Shown here piece after piece: positions 39,540 to 50,788 of a DNA stretch of 64,000 nt. The notes below the pieces were generated by a model. That model was given only the letters and a program-made list of their open reading frames with translations, was not told where the DNA came from and ran no database searches. This stretch comes from Alphaproteobacteria bacterium (lineage in GTDB: Bacteria > Pseudomonadota > Alphaproteobacteria > MPNO01 > UBA830), in the NCBI GenBank assembly GCA_965243135.1, contig OZ251539.1, positions 736,001-800,000 on the forward strand, read 5' to 3'. Position numbers and translations under genes: made by a program. The first letter of the stretch is position 1, and each line of letters opens with the position of its first letter.

Positions 39540-42269
39540 ATGCAGGAGGGTGCCGAATCTTCCAAAGACGCGCTGCTCCGCGACCAGCTCCAACTGCTGG
39601 AGCGGCTGCTCGACCGGACGGTTCGCGCGCAGGAAGGCCCGGAAGTCTTCGAACTCGTCGAAACGATCCGGCGCGATTCCATCAAGTTTCACCGGGAGGA
39701 GGATCTCGAGGCGCGCCGGACGCTCGAGGCGGTTCTGAGGACGCTCGGAACGGATACCGCCATCCAGATCATCCGCGCTTTCAGCTATTTCTCGCATCTG
39801 GCGAATATCGCGGAAGACCAGCACCATATCAGGCGAACGCGCAGTCACGAGATTGCCGGTTCGCCGCCGCGGGACGGGTCGCTGGCGCGGGCGCTCGACC
39901 GGGCGCTCGAAGCCGGATGGTCGGCCGGCGATCTATCGCGTTTCTTCGCCGATGCCCATGTCCGGCCCGTTCTGACGGCTCACCCGACCGAGGTTCGGCG
40001 CAAGAGCACGATGCGGCGCGAAATCGCGGTTGCGGGCCTGCTCGACGAACGCGGACGAAGCGATCTCACGCCCGACGAACTGAAGGAAATCGACGACAAG
40101 CTGGAGCGCGCAGTTCTCGTTCTTTGGCAGACGAGCCTGCTGCGGGAGACCAAGCTGAGCGTGCGCGACGAGGTCGAGAACGGCCTCTCGTATTTCGATT
40201 ACACGTTCTTTCGAGAGGTTCCGGCGCTTCACAACAGGCTGGAGGACCGTCTGGCCGAACTCGATCCCGAACTGGATCCCCCGGCGACGTTTCTCCGGGT
40301 CGGCAGCTGGATCGGCGGCGACCGCGACGGCAATCCGTCGGTCGACGCCGAAGTCCTTTCCAGGACCCTGCGCGCGCAGAGCGCGCACGCGCTGGAGCAC
40401 TATCTGCGGGAGCTCGGCAAGCTCCGGCTGGAATTGTCGCTTTCGACGGTGATCGTCGACGTCTCGGACGGGCTGCGCGATCTGGCGGATCGTTCGCAGG
40501 ACCGGTCGCCGCACCGGGAGCTGGAACTCTATCGTCGCGCGATCTCCACGATTTCCGACCGTCTGGCCGCGACGCGCGAATCGCTGAACGGCGCGGGCGG
40601 GACGGCGGAGCCGTATCCGTCGGCGGCGGCGTTTCGAGCCGATCTCGAAGTCGTTCATTCCTCGCTCGTCGCCAACGGATCGGCTGCGCTTACGCGCGGG
40701 CGCCTGCGGCGCCTGCGGCGCGCCGTCGACTGCTTCGGATTTCACCTCGCCAGCCTCGACATGCGCCAGAACTCGGACGTTCTGGAAGCGACTCTCGCGG
40801 AGCTGTTCGAGGCGGTGGAGCCGGACGCCGGCTACCGGGACATGGACGAGGAGGACAGGATCGAGGCGCTTCGCAGGGAGCTCGGGAGCCGCCGTCCGCT
40901 CGTGCGGCGGCACTGGGCGTATTCGGAAGGCGCACGGAAAGAGTTGGACATATTCCGGGCCGCGAGGGCCGTCCGCGACGTCTACGGCGCGGAGGCGATG
41001 ACGACGGCGATCATCTCGAACGCCCGCGGCGTTTCGGACCTTCTCGGACAGGCGGTGCTGCTCAAGGAAGCCGGTCTTGCGGGCGGCGAAGGCGGCGGCG
41101 AGATGAACGTCGTGCCGTTGTTCGAGACGATCACGGATCTGAGGAACGCCGTCGCGATCATGGACCGCCTGCTGTCGATTCCGGAGTACCGGAGGCTGGT
41201 CGACGGCTGCGGCGGCGTTCAGGAAGTCATGCTCGGCTATTCGGACAGCAACAAGGACGGCGGATACGTCACGTCCGGCTGGGAACTCTACAAGGCCGCG
41301 GTCGGGCTTGCCGCTCTGTGCAGGCGGCGCGGAGTCCGCCTGCGCCTGTTCCACGGCCGGGGCGGCTCCGTCGGGCGCGGCGGCGGTCCGAGCTACGACG
41401 CGATCATGGCGCAACCCGCCGGGACCGTGAACGGGCAGTTCCGCCTCACGGAACAGGGAGAGATCGTTTCGGGCAAGTACACGAACCCTGCGCTGGGTCG
41501 GCGCAATCTCGAGATTCTCGCATCCGCCGCCATAGAATCGTCGTTGCCCGGAAAAGACGAAGAGGCGGTCCCGGAAAGCTATCTGGACGCGATGGAGCGC
41601 CTGTCGGATCTCGCGCTCGCCGCGTACCGGGCTCTCGTCTACGAAACGCCCGGCTTCAACGACTATTTCCGCGCTTCGACCGTCATCGGCGAAATCGCGA
41701 CGTTGAATATCGGTTCGCGTCCGGCGTCCAGGAAAAGCGGCGGCCGGATCGAGGACCTGCGGGCGATTCCTTGGGTGTTCAGCTGGTCGCAATGCCGCGT
41801 CATGCTGCCCGGATGGTACGGCTTCGGCGCGGCGACGTCGCAGTGGTTGGCGGAAAACGGCGGCGACTCTTCGCTGCTGCAGGAAATGTATCGCGAATGG
41901 CCGTTCTTCCGAACGCTTCTGAGCAACATGGACATGGTGCTCGCGAAGACGAACATGGCGATCGCGTCGCGCTACGCCGGCCTCGTGTCCGACGAGTCCC
42001 TGCGCGAGGCGGTGTTCGGCCGCATCGTCGCCGAGCGCGCCGCCGCCATCCGTTCGGCGCTCGAGATCGCTCGGGCCGACCGCCTTCTGGCGGGGAATCC
42101 GCTTCTCGCGCGGTCGATCCGGAACAGGCTTCCCTACATCGATCCCTTGAACCACTTGCAAGTCGAGCTCTTGAGGGCGCAGCGCGAACGGCCGGACGAC
42201 CCGGACGCCCTGCGCGGTCTGCTGCTGACCATCAACGGCATTTCCGCCGGACTCAAGAACAGCGGCTGA
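39540..42269 (+). CDS. ppc: Phosphoenolpyruvate carboxylase
   Basis: [56 protein letters not shown], terminal GLKNSG. Confidence 0.97.
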   Translation: MQEGAESSKDALLRDQLQLLERLLDRTVRAQEGPEVFELVETIRRDSIKFHREEDLEARRTLEAVLRTLGTDTAIQIIRAFSYFSHLANIAEDQHHIRRTRSHEIAGSPPRDGSLARALDRALEAGWSAGDLSRFFADAHVRPVLTAHPTEVRRKSTMRREIAVAGLLDERGRSDLTPDELKEIDDKLERAVLVLWQTSLLRETKLSVRDEVENGLSYFDYTFFREVPALHNRLEDRLAELDPELDPPATFLRVGSWIGGDRDGNPSVDAEVLSRTLRAQSAHALEHYLRELGKLRLELSLSTVIVDVSDGLRDLADRSQDRSPHRELELYRRAISTISDRLAATRESLNGAGGTAEPYPSAAAFRADLEVVHSSLVANGSAALTRGRLRRLRRAVDCFGFHLASLDMRQNSDVLEATLAELFEAVEPDAGYRDMDEEDRIEALRRELGSRRPLVRRHWAYSEGARKELDIFRAARAVRDVYGAEAMTTAIISNARGVSDLLGQAVLLKEAGLAGGEGGGEMNVVPLFETITDLRNAVAIMDRLLSIPEYRRLVDGCGGVQEVMLGYSDSNKDGGYVTSGWELYKAAVGLAALCRRRGVRLRLFHGRGGSVGRGGGPSYDAIMAQPAGTVNGQFRLTEQGEIVSGKYTNPALGRRNLEILASAAIESSLPGKDEEAVPESYLDAMERLSDLALAAYRALVYETPGFNDYFRASTVIGEIATLNIGSRPASRKSGGRIEDLRAIPWVFSWSQCRVMLPGWYGFGAATSQWLAENGGDSSLLQEMYREWPFFRTLLSNMDMVLAKTNMAIASRYAGLVSDESLREAVFGRIVAERAAAIRSALEIARADRLLAGNPLLARSIRNRLPYIDPLNHLQVELLRAQRERPDDPDALRGLLLTINGISAGLKNSG

Positions 42270-42408
42270 CTCGCGGCCGGCGTCTCCGGCGCTCGACGCG
42301 GTAGGCGCATGAACGGCGATCGCCGTCCGGACGCGACGGCCGGGCGATGTGTCGCGCGCGGCGCGAATGGATATATTCGCTGCGCTCAACTTCCGAAGGG
42401 ACACGTCA

Positions 42409-43050
42409 ATGGCCACCGACAAGGACGCCGCCGGCGGCGTCGGCGAAACGCCGAAGCAGCTGCATCGCGTCGGAGCGCTGCGCGTACCGGATCGCGAGAC
42501 GCTCGACGAAGACATCAGAAAGTACATGGACGTCTGCGAGGAGAAGCTGGACCACGTTCCCAACGTCATGAAGGTGTTTTCCCTGCGCCCCGCGAAGCTT
42601 CGCACGTTCATCGCCAAGTACAACGAACTGATGTTGACCGACGACACTTCGCTCACGCGGCTGGAGCGGGAGATGGTCGCGGTCGTGGTTTCGTGCGCCA
42701 ATCGTTGCGTCTACTGCATCACGTCGCACGGCCAGGCGGTCAGGGAATTTTCCGGCGACCCGGTGCTGGGCGACATCCTGACGGTCAACTACCGCGAAGC
42801 CAATCTGACGCTCCGGCAACGCGCGTTGCTCGATCACGCCTGGAAATTGACGGTTCGGCCTTCGGAAGTCGGAGAAGACGATCGGACGGCCCTGCGGGAC
42901 GCCGGGCTGTCCGACGAGGAAATCTTCGACCTCACCGACGTCGTGGCCTATTTCAACTACACCAACCGCATGACGCACGGTCTCGGCATGTTGCCCAACG
43001 AGTACTATTTCGGGCGCAACCGCCTGCCCGATCCGAAGGGGAGCGCCTGA
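42409..43050 (+). CDS. Peroxidase-related AhpD/CMD-family protein
   Basis: LTRLEREMVAVVVS..NRCVYCITSHG (CxxC), FNYTNR. Confidence 0.88.
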   Translation: MATDKDAAGGVGETPKQLHRVGALRVPDRETLDEDIRKYMDVCEEKLDHVPNVMKVFSLRPAKLRTFIAKYNELMLTDDTSLTRLEREMVAVVVSCANRCVYCITSHGQAVREFSGDPVLGDILTVNYREANLTLRQRALLDHAWKLTVRPSEVGEDDRTALRDAGLSDEEIFDLTDVVAYFNYTNRMTHGLGMLPNEYYFGRNRLPDPKGSA

Positions 43051-44711
43051 TTCCGTCGTCCGGCGCCTCGATTCGAACGGGGGAAGACGCGCGCCGCGCC
43101 ATGCTGCGCGGCATCGACCTGCTGGCGGACGCGGTTTCGGTGACGTTCGGCCCCTGCGGTCGAACCGTGCTGGTCGAAGGGCGGGACGCTTCCGGGCCGT
43201 GCGTCGTCCGCGCCGGCGCGACGGTCGCGGACTCGCTGGATCCCCCCGGGCGCTTCGAGCGGACCGGCTTTCGGCTGCTTCGGCGCGCAGCCCGGCGCGT
43301 GGGCGAGGACCTTGGAGACGGCACCACGACCGCCGTCGTTCTCGCCCGCGCCATCGCGGTCGGCACGCTTCGGGCGGTTGCGGCGGGGGTCGACGCGACG
43401 GCGCTGCAGCGCGCCGTCGCGTCGGGCGCGGATGCGGTGGTCGCGGAACTTCGCGCGCGGGCGACGCCGGCCGCGGGACGCAAGGATCTCGCTCGCGTCG
43501 CGGCGGTGTCCGCCGGCGGCGATGCCGCATTGGGCGACATGATCGCCGACGCGTTCGAAGCGGTCGGCGACGACGGACTCGTCTCCGTCGAAGCGGGGCG
43601 GTCGGTCGAGACGGCCTTGCTGCGGCGGAACGGGGTCCGGTGGGAAGGCGGCTACGTTTCGCCTTATTTCATGACGGATCCGGTCACGACCGAATGCAGC
43701 TACGAGGCCCCTCTCGTTCTTCTGACCGAACGCAAGCTCGAGTTCCACGAACCGCTCCTCAAGGCGCTGGAAACCGCGGTGCGCGCGCGCAGCCCTCTTT
43801 TGATCGTGGCCGGCGCCGTTACGGGCGAGGCGTTGCAGACGCTCGTGACCAACAAGGTCCGGAACAATCTTCGGGTCGTCGCCGGCAAGGCGCCGCTGTT
43901 CGGCGACCGCCGCCGCGAGATTCTCGAGGATGCGGCCGCCGCGACGGGCGCCCGTCTGGTTCCCGCGACGGACGCTCTCGGCCGTCCCGGCGACCTGGGG
44001 CGCGCCGACCGGGTCGTTCTCACGCGGGACGCGACCGAGATCGTCGGCGGAAAGGGGAAGGCTGCCGCGATCGAGGCGCGCATCGCCGAAATCCGCGCCG
44101 AGCAGGCGCGGGGCGGCGGCACGCCCAATCGCGGCAAGTTCCTGCGCGGGCGCCTGGCCTCCTTGGCCGGCGGAGCGGCGCTGGTGCGCATCGGCGGCGC
44201 CACGGATTCCCGGATTGCGGAGAGGCAAGCGCGCGCTACGGGCGCTGCGAACGCCGTCCGCGCCGCCAAGCGGGAAGGCATTTTGCCGGGCGGCGGCGTC
44301 GCGTACGTGCATGCCTCCCGGACGTTGCCCCCCGGCCGGACGCTGGAGGAGCGCGCCGCGCGCTCGATCCTCGGAAAGGCGCTCGCAGCCCCCATGACGC
44401 GCATCGTCGACAACGCGGGTTTCGACGGCCGGTCTCTCGCCATGCGCCTTCCCGGCGACGCGCGTTTCGGTTTCGACGTGCGGACCGGCAGGTTCGTCGA
44501 CCTTGCAAGGGCCGGAGTGGTGGATCCCGCCGCGGTCCTGGTTTCGGCGCTTCAGGCTGCGGCGTCGTTCGCCGTCTCGCTGGCGAACGTGGAGGTCGCG
44601 ATCGCGAAGCCGCCCCCGCCGGCGCGGCCGGTTCGTTCCGACGAAACGCCGTTCGGTCCGGAAGCCAAGGACATGACGGCCGAAGAGGCCCGAGGCTTCG
44701 GGCTCGTCTGA
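43047..44711 (+). CDS. Divergent GroEL/Cpn60-family chaperonin (start uncertain: CTG 43047 or ATG 43101)
   Basis: LADAVSVTFGPCGR, GDGTTTA, GYVSPYFMTD, KAPLFGDRR, EGILPGGG, GVVDP; no GGM tail and no adjacent groES. Confidence 0.85.
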   Translation: MIPSSGASIRTGEDARRAMLRGIDLLADAVSVTFGPCGRTVLVEGRDASGPCVVRAGATVADSLDPPGRFERTGFRLLRRAARRVGEDLGDGTTTAVVLARAIAVGTLRAVAAGVDATALQRAVASGADAVVAELRARATPAAGRKDLARVAAVSAGGDAALGDMIADAFEAVGDDGLVSVEAGRSVETALLRRNGVRWEGGYVSPYFMTDPVTTECSYEAPLVLLTERKLEFHEPLLKALETAVRARSPLLIVAGAVTGEALQTLVTNKVRNNLRVVAGKAPLFGDRRREILEDAAAATGARLVPATDALGRPGDLGRADRVVLTRDATEIVGGKGKAAAIEARIAEIRAEQARGGGTPNRGKFLRGRLASLAGGAALVRIGGATDSRIAERQARATGAANAVRAAKREGILPGGGVAYVHASRTLPPGRTLEERAARSILGKALAAPMTRIVDNAGFDGRSLAMRLPGDARFGFDVRTGRFVDLARAGVVDPAAVLVSALQAAASFAVSLANVEVAIAKPPPPARPVRSDETPFGPEAKDMTAEEARGFGLV

Positions 44712-44742
44712 AGCGGACCCGGTTTCCGCCGCTCGGCGACGG

Positions 44743-47064
44743 TTACGCCGCTTCCCGCAGCATCCGCCAGATGCGTTCGGGCGTCGCCGGCATCGGGACG
44801 CTTTCCAGGCCGAGAGGAGCCAGCGCGTCGACCAGGGCGTTCATCATCGCCGGCAGAGCGCCGACCGCGCCGGCTTCCCCCGCTCCCTTGACCCCGAGGG
44901 GATTGGCGGGCGTCGGAACTACGTTGAAGCCGGTTTCGAAATCGCACAGGTCGTCGGCGCGCGGCATTCCGTAATCCATGAAAGAGCCGGCCAGGAGCTG
45001 GCCCGACTCGGGGTCGTAGGCGACCTCCTCCATGAGCGCCTGGCCGATGCCTTGGGCGAGGCCGCCGTGAATTTGTCCTTCCAGGAGCGACGGATTGAGG
45101 ATCGTTCCGAAATCGTCGATCACGACGTAACGCAGAAGCTCCGTCGATCCGGTTTCCGGATCGATTTCCACCTCGGCGACATGGCAACCGTTGGGGAAGT
45201 TGAGCGCGCCGGGACGAAACGCGGCGATTTCGTCGAGGCCGGGTTCCAGGTCTTCCGGCAGAAGCGCGGCGTCGTAGGCTGCCGCGGCCACGGCGGCGAT
45301 ATCCACCGACCGGTCGGTTCCGGCGACGGCGAAAGCGCCGTCTTCGAACGCAATGTCGTCTTCGGCGGCCTCCAGCAAGTGGGCCGCTATCCGCGTTCCC
45401 TTGGCGATGACCTTGTCCGTCGCGCGCGCCACCGCCGACCCTGCGAGGGCGGCGGACCGCGAGGCGAGGGTTCCTCGGCCGAAGCCGACCATGTCCGTAT
45501 CGCCTGCGACGTAACGCACGCGGTTCGGGGCGATCCCGAGGCGGTCGCAAAGGATCTGGGTAAAGGCGGTGGCATGGCCCTGCCCATGGTGGACAGAGCC
45601 GGCCATCAACGTAACGGAGCCGGTTTGATCGAAACGGATCTGCGCCGATTCGATCTCCGTTCCGGAGGCGCGGTGCACGGTGTTGGACATGCCCATTCCC
45701 CGAAGCTTGCCGCGGGCGCGGGCTTCCCGCCGCCGCTCCTCGAAACCGGCATAGCCGGCGAGCGCCATGGCGTCGTCCATGTTCTTTTCGAAGGCTCCGC
45801 TGTCGTAGGTGAAGGTAAGCGCCGTGCGATAGGGCATGGCGTCTTCGGGGATCGTGTTGCGGCGCCGCAGTTCCGCAGGGTCGGTTTCGAGTCGCCGCGC
45901 AGCCTGGTCGATCAATCCCTCCAGAACGGTGGACGCTTCCGGCCGTCCTGCGCCGCGATAGGGAGCGGTGCTGTGGGTATTGGTGAAGACGCCCGACACC
46001 CGGACGTGGATGGCGGGAATCGTATAGACGCCTGCGAGGGATCCCAGGTTGACGATCGGCGGCAGCGGGCCGCGCAACGACAAATAGGCTCCGAGACTGG
46101 CGAGGGTGGAGGAGCGGAGCGCGAGAAAGTTGCCTTGCGAGTCGAGCGCGAGGGCCGCGTCGGTCACGTTGTCGCGGGCCGAATCGTCGCTCGCCATGCA
46201 CTCCGACCGATCCGCGATCCACTTGACGGGGCGACCCGTTCGTTTCGACGCCCAGAGCGCGAGGCCGTTTTCCGGATAAACGTTGCTGTAGAGTCCGAAC
46301 GAGCCGCCGATGTCGGGCGCTATGACTCGGAACTTCGTTTCGGGCTCGCCGAATACCGAGCGCGCAAGTTCGGTGCGCAGGAGATGCGCCTGCTGCACGC
46401 CAGTGTACAGCGTGTACCGGTCAACTGCGGCGTCGTAATGACCGATGCAGCCTCGCGGTCCGATGGGCGCCGCGGTGACGCGGGAAATAAGGAAACGGCG
46501 CGAGACGACGACATCCGCCCTCGCAAACGCGGCGTCGACCGCTTCCCGGTCGCCGTCCTCGTGAAAGAAGCACTCGTTGTCCGGGCAATCCGCCCAAAGC
46601 CGGGGCGCATCGGCCGCAACCGCCTCCGCAGTCGCCGTCACGGAAGGCAGGATTTCGTAGTCGACACGGACTTGCTCCGCCGCGTCGCGCGCCTGATTCG
46701 CGGTTTCGGCCGCCACGAGCGCGACGTAATCTCCAACAAGGCGCACCCGGTCCGAGACCAGCAAGGGCCGAGGCGGCCGGTACATGTCTCCGCCGCCCCG
46801 GCGGAATCGCTTCTGGTCGCAGGGAAGGTGGCCGAGCCCGTCAGCCGCGCAATCCGCTCCCGTAAGCACTGCGAGGACGCCGGGCATTCCTGCGGCGGCA
46901 TCCGTATCGATCGCGCGGATCCGGGCGTGAGCGTGCGGCGAGCGCACGATCGCCGCATAAGCTTGGTCCGGCAGGTCGATGTCGTCGATGTACCGGCCCA
47001 TTCCCTTGAGGAGACGGGGATCTTCCAGGCGCGCAACCGGTTGGCCGATGGCGAACTCGCCCAT
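44743..47064 (-). CDS. Xanthine dehydrogenase/CoxL form II-like molybdopterin-binding large subunit
   Basis: RLEDPRLLKG, RSPHAHARI, IGGSFG, PYRGAGRPE, GQGH, GQIHGGLAQGIGQAL, GVKGAGEAG. Confidence 0.92.
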   Translation of the reverse strand: MGEFAIGQPVARLEDPRLLKGMGRYIDDIDLPDQAYAAIVRSPHAHARIRAIDTDAAAGMPGVLAVLTGADCAADGLGHLPCDQKRFRRGGGDMYRPPRPLLVSDRVRLVGDYVALVAAETANQARDAAEQVRVDYEILPSVTATAEAVAADAPRLWADCPDNECFFHEDGDREAVDAAFARADVVVSRRFLISRVTAAPIGPRGCIGHYDAAVDRYTLYTGVQQAHLLRTELARSVFGEPETKFRVIAPDIGGSFGLYSNVYPENGLALWASKRTGRPVKWIADRSECMASDDSARDNVTDAALALDSQGNFLALRSSTLASLGAYLSLRGPLPPIVNLGSLAGVYTIPAIHVRVSGVFTNTHSTAPYRGAGRPEASTVLEGLIDQAARRLETDPAELRRRNTIPEDAMPYRTALTFTYDSGAFEKNMDDAMALAGYAGFEERRREARARGKLRGMGMSNTVHRASGTEIESAQIRFDQTGSVTLMAGSVHHGQGHATAFTQILCDRLGIAPNRVRYVAGDTDMVGFGRGTLASRSAALAGSAVARATDKVIAKGTRIAAHLLEAAEDDIAFEDGAFAVAGTDRSVDIAAVAAAAYDAALLPEDLEPGLDEIAAFRPGALNFPNGCHVAEVEIDPETGSTELLRYVVIDDFGTILNPSLLEGQIHGGLAQGIGQALMEEVAYDPESGQLLAGSFMDYGMPRADDLCDFETGFNVVPTPANPLGVKGAGEAGAVGALPAMMNALVDALAPLGLESVPMPATPERIWRMLREAA

Positions 47065-47067
47065 CCG

Positions 47068-47679
47068 CTATTCGAATATCCTGATGCCCAGCGGAGCGGA
47101 TTTGCCGCCGTTGGTAGGGGAGGTGTCGGCCGGGCAAGCGGATACCGCCGCCAGGATGTTCATTTCCGTGCGCAGGTCGATGTAATCGTCGGGTCCGACG
47201 GTCGTGGGCTTTATCGCGAAAGAGCCGTCCGTTCTCAGATCCACGCTCATGAAGACGTTGAACACGTCGACGATGTCGTCGCCGGAGACCCCGAAGGGCG
47301 CCAGCGCTTCGGCCAGATTCTCCTGGCAGGAGCGGTGGCCGTCCGCGATATTGTCACGCAATTCGTAGAGACGCTTCGAGCAGCGCCCGCCCATGTTTCC
47401 CCAATGGTCGCGGTAGCTGTCGGCCACCACGGTCATCATGACGTTCTCCCGCGGCGGTTTCGAGTAAAAGTACTTGAAGCTCTTCGACGTGCCGGTGCCG
47501 CAAATGACGTTGATCGCCCAAGTCTGTCCGACATGGTACATCTCGCGGCGGTCGTCGGCGTTGTAGAAGACGCAATCGCCCACCTGACCGCCCTCGATCT
47601 GGTGGATGCGAAGGGTTCGACCCCGCTTCACCTCGAATGCCCGCGCATGGCGGGCCGGGATGACGAACGATTCCGTCAC
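47068..47679 (-). CDS. Urea carboxylase-associated (DUF1989) family protein
   Basis: GTG start overlapping the upstream stop; EGGQVGD, SCQENL, FNVFM, SACP. Confidence 0.85.
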   Translation of the reverse strand: MTESFVIPARHARAFEVKRGRTLRIHQIEGGQVGDCVFYNADDRREMYHVGQTWAINVICGTGTSKSFKYFYSKPPRENVMMTVVADSYRDHWGNMGGRCSKRLYELRDNIADGHRSCQENLAEALAPFGVSGDDIVDVFNVFMSVDLRTDGSFAIKPTTVGPDDYIDLRTEMNILAAVSACPADTSPTNGGKSAPLGIRIFE

Positions 47680-48080
47680 TGCTTGCGGTCGCTTTGCGTC
47701 CAGTCGTGGTCCGCGACGTCGAAGACGAGGCCGTTGGGATCCTTGTACTTCGTCTCCGCATCGACGCCGGGTATGTCGTCGGGCAACTCCATGAAGAAAC
47801 TGCCGCCGTTTTTTTCGATCAGATTGCCCGTCGCTTCCTTGTCGTCCACGATGAATCCCATGTGATGCAGCCCTGCCCACTCCGGGCCGTTGATGCCGCC
47901 CTTCGCGCCCTCCGGAAAATGCAGCAGCGTCAGGTTGACGGTGCCGTCGGAAAGCATGACGGCGTTGCCGTATTCGGTCTCGACGTCGCGCACGCGGTCG
48001 AGCTCGAATGTCCGCTCGTAGAATGCGGCGGCTTCCTGAAGGTTCGGAACCTGCATGGCGATATGCCGCAGCTTGCCCAT
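47676..48080 (-). CDS. VOC/glyoxalase family protein
   Basis: MGKLRHIA..LSDGTVNL..GLHHMGF..KYKDPNGLVFDV; GAGGAGG RBS. Confidence 0.88.
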   Translation of the reverse strand: MGKLRHIAMQVPNLQEAAAFYERTFELDRVRDVETEYGNAVMLSDGTVNLTLLHFPEGAKGGINGPEWAGLHHMGFIVDDKEATGNLIEKNGGSFFMELPDDIPGVDAETKYKDPNGLVFDVADHDWTQSDRKQ

Positions 48081-48523
48081 GGAAGACCTCCTCTTGTCGC
48101 GACCGCCATTTTGCGACGACAACGGATGGCTGTCCATACGGTTTTCGCACGGCATGGCGAAGCGCGCCGCGAGGGCGTCGAGACGCGCGGCGCCATGGTT
48201 CTTCTGGCATTGTCCGAATTTTCGAAGGGCCGCGTATGCGCGATTCCGCGCTGCAACGCTCCGGCCGGGCGGAGGGACGGTTCCGGGAACGGCATTCGAG
48301 AAAAACCGGGGTAATTTCAGGAAGCCGGGAAGAATCGTCGAGGCGCCGTCCCCGCTCGTCCTCCCGTGCATGGCACGAATTTGGCATGCCGGCATAGGAG
48401 GCGCCAGCTGTTCCCGATGTCGGCGAAACGCCGAGTTCACCGGCCATGTCCCGTCCATTCATGAGCTTCCGCCGATAGTCTGAAGATTCCGGCCGAGCCG
48501 TCGCGTTCGGTCCAGCCCTCGCT

Positions 48524-48606
48524 GGCCGTGCGCCGGACGCTTCAGGCGCTCCTGCAGGGTCAACTCTTGGGGATCGAAAGATTCGGAATTTTCGTCAGGA
48601 CCCTTG
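48524..48606 (+). repeat. Direct repeat, copy A
   Basis: gcttcaggcgctcc..agggtcaactctt..gatcga.agattcggaatt.tcgt.ag..accctt. Confidence 0.9.
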
Positions 48607-48865
48607 CTCGCTTCGCCCCTTCAAGTTTGACTGCCTCGTCGGCGAAGCGCACATCGCCGGAACCGTCCCTTGGACCGTCAGAAGCATGCGAGGGGTATGA
48701 TCGCGTCTCTCGCGCCATGGCCAAGGGAGAGGCGTCCAGTCCGCGTGTCGTGTTGACCAGTCGGTCATGAGGATGAACCGAAGATGACGACAGCCAAGCT
48801 GTCCCCGTGGGTCCCCGTCGGCGCGACAACGCCGGTCCTTCAGGCATTGGCATGAAGACCTGAGC

Positions 48866-49120
48866 ATGACTGCGCGGGATCGACTTCACCGGCTGGTGGA
48901 CGAGTTGCCGGAGAACGAGTTGGCGACAGCGGAGCGCGTATTGACCGGGTTGTCCGTGCTGTCGCTTTCCAACCCCGTCATCGCGGCGTTGGCTAAAGCT
49001 CCCAGGGACAACGAGCCGGTGACGGACCGGGAAGCGGAACGGATCGAGGAAGGCGAACGCGACCTGCGGGACGGGCGGATCGTCACGGGGGAACAGGTTC
49101 GCACGCGCCTTGGACCGTGA
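48866..49120 (+). CDS. Putative antitoxin of a RelE-type TA pair
   Basis: 84 aa, RDRLHRLVDELPE..EPVTDREAERIEEGERDLRDGRIVTGEQVRTRLG; GTGA overlap with the toxin. Confidence 0.7.
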   Translation: MTARDRLHRLVDELPENELATAERVLTGLSVLSLSNPVIAALAKAPRDNEPVTDREAERIEEGERDLRDGRIVTGEQVRTRLGP

Positions 49121-49320
49121 ATGTCCGCTACACCGACAAGGCTGCGAAAGACTCGGAAAGCCTGCCGCCGAAAGCCCGGCAGCGCATTTTGAAGGCGCTG
49201 GATCGCTTTGCCGTGAGCGGCGTCGGCGACATGCGCGCCCTCGGCGGCCGTGCGCCCGATGCTTCAGGCGCTCCAGTAGGGTCAACTCTTGAGGATCGAG
49301 AGATTCGGAATTGTCGTTAG
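49117..49320 (+). pseudogene. RelE/ParE-family toxin truncated by repeat copy B
   Basis: MNVRYTDKAAKDSESLPPKARQRILKALDRFAVSGVGDMRAL then runs into the repeat; the catalytic RLRVGDYR half is absent. Confidence 0.7.
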
Positions 49321-49413
49321 GGACCCTTGGTCACTTCTCATACAGACTCAGAAGGTCGTCGCAACCTTGTTTCAGTTCGGAAACCGAACATTGAAGGTAC
49401 AGAGATGCCGTAT
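49246..49413 (+). repeat. Direct repeat, copy B (includes the 3' end of the IrrE-like gene)
   Basis: Matches copy A over about 80 bp and copy C over about 150 bp. Confidence 0.9.
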
Positions 49414-50788
49414 CATCCGATATCAATCCGGTCTCGTAGGATTTCGCCACCAAATATGCAAATCTGCCTTTGCGTTGATCCGTGGTCTTCTCCAGCGGAA
49501 AGTAATCGAGCGTGAAGTTCTCTCGAACGTTCCATTCATCCGACGGTTTTTCATTGTGCAGGCCGACAGTCGGAACATCGAATTGCCGATAGTGCGAATT
49601 GTGTATATGAAACGATGCTGCGGTTTGGCTGAGTCCAAAATTACGCATTACCTTGGCGACAGATTCGGGCGAAAAAGGCGTTGGCGTCATATCGCGAACT
49701 GCCTTGATTGGCGCAAGAAACGCGACCGCGAATGCGTTGGCTCGTTGCTCAACAAAATCCGTATTCTGAATCTGGGGATCAATTTCACTCTGCTCGTATG
49801 AATCAATTTTCAGTTTTTCCAGTCTTGGACCGGGATCGTAAAGGAGATGTCCGAGTTCATGAGCGAGAGTAGCCCTTCGGACCCAGACATTTTTGTTCTT
49901 CCCGGAGATATTCAGAACGATGCCGCGCGTTTCCTTTCCGGATGCGTCCGTTGAGACTATGGTCGCGCCAGCAATGTTTTCGTCGATAGAGGCTTGAACG
50001 ATCGCTATTCCTAACCGTTCTTCTACCAATTCTCTCATCGAGAGTATCGGGCTTTCTCCAAGATCGAGTTTTTATCGGGTATGTTCCGCAAAATTATAGC
50101 CGATTTTCCAAGCTGGATATTCCGAAGATCCATAATTGTCGTCTGTTTTGAATCGATCTGGATGTTGTCCTATTCCTAACCAGTCTTGGAGCCTGTTCTG
50201 TATTCTGACTATGGACGCAGCTTCCGCAAACTTCAGCGCGGTACGAGGGGAAAGAACCACGGAAACATCAGTATCTCGGTATTGAAGCGTCTTCAGTCTC
50301 ACTGCCAATTTATGGTCGCCGGAATCAGGAGTTTGTTGAGAAAGAAATCGTTCGTCTAGTCCCAAGACAAGAGCGATGTGGTTCAACGTTCGCAATGGTA
50401 TCTCCGATAGCGGTTCCTCAGCGATCCTGACGTCTCGTTCGGAAACGCGTTCGGACACGTCCGCGGCGTGCGCGACATCCGCATGCGAAAGTCCAAGGGT
50501 CTCTCTACGTTTCTTCAAAACGTCTGCGGTGGAATGTCTTGAAGACATCAGAATAGCCGAGCCATACTCGATCGCCTCTTCCAGTTTGCTGCGCCCAAAA
50601 GTCCTGAAAGCTTCTCGAACGGTAAGTTTAGGTCCGACCGCGTTTCTCTTCGGATCATACACGGCCAGCTGTGCCAAGCTCCGCACAAAGCATGGGGGCA
50701 GATCTCTTACAGCATCGTCCTCGTCAGTGTAGTTTCCGAGCTTCGGCACAGGGGGAGGATGCAAGCTATATTCTATATTGGCCATCAT
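49331..50788 (-). pseudogene. XRE-HTH plus ImmA/IrrE (HExxH) metallopeptidase split by one in-frame TAA at 50072-50074
   Basis: ORFs 50072-50791 and 49331-50038 share a frame (..HTR*KLDLGESPILSMRE..). HTH LKKRRETLGLSHADVA; RRATLAHELGH; EQRANAFAVAFLAP. Low GC. Confidence 0.8.

Noticed and set aside
44743-47064. True aerobic CO dehydrogenase (form I coxL)
   Set aside because: The active-site loop is PYRGAGR, not AYxCSFR, and no coxM or coxS is adjacent.
48371-48385. Sigma-54-like TGGCACGAATTTGGC
   Set aside because: The -12 element is imperfect, it faces away from the nearest gene, and it is about 500 bp from the next plus-strand gene.
50072-50074. Programmed readthrough or alternative genetic code at the IrrE internal stop
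   Set aside because: TAA serves as a normal stop elsewhere (e.g. dctP, SBP copy 1) and the partner gene is also decayed, so simple nonsense mutation is more parsimonious.
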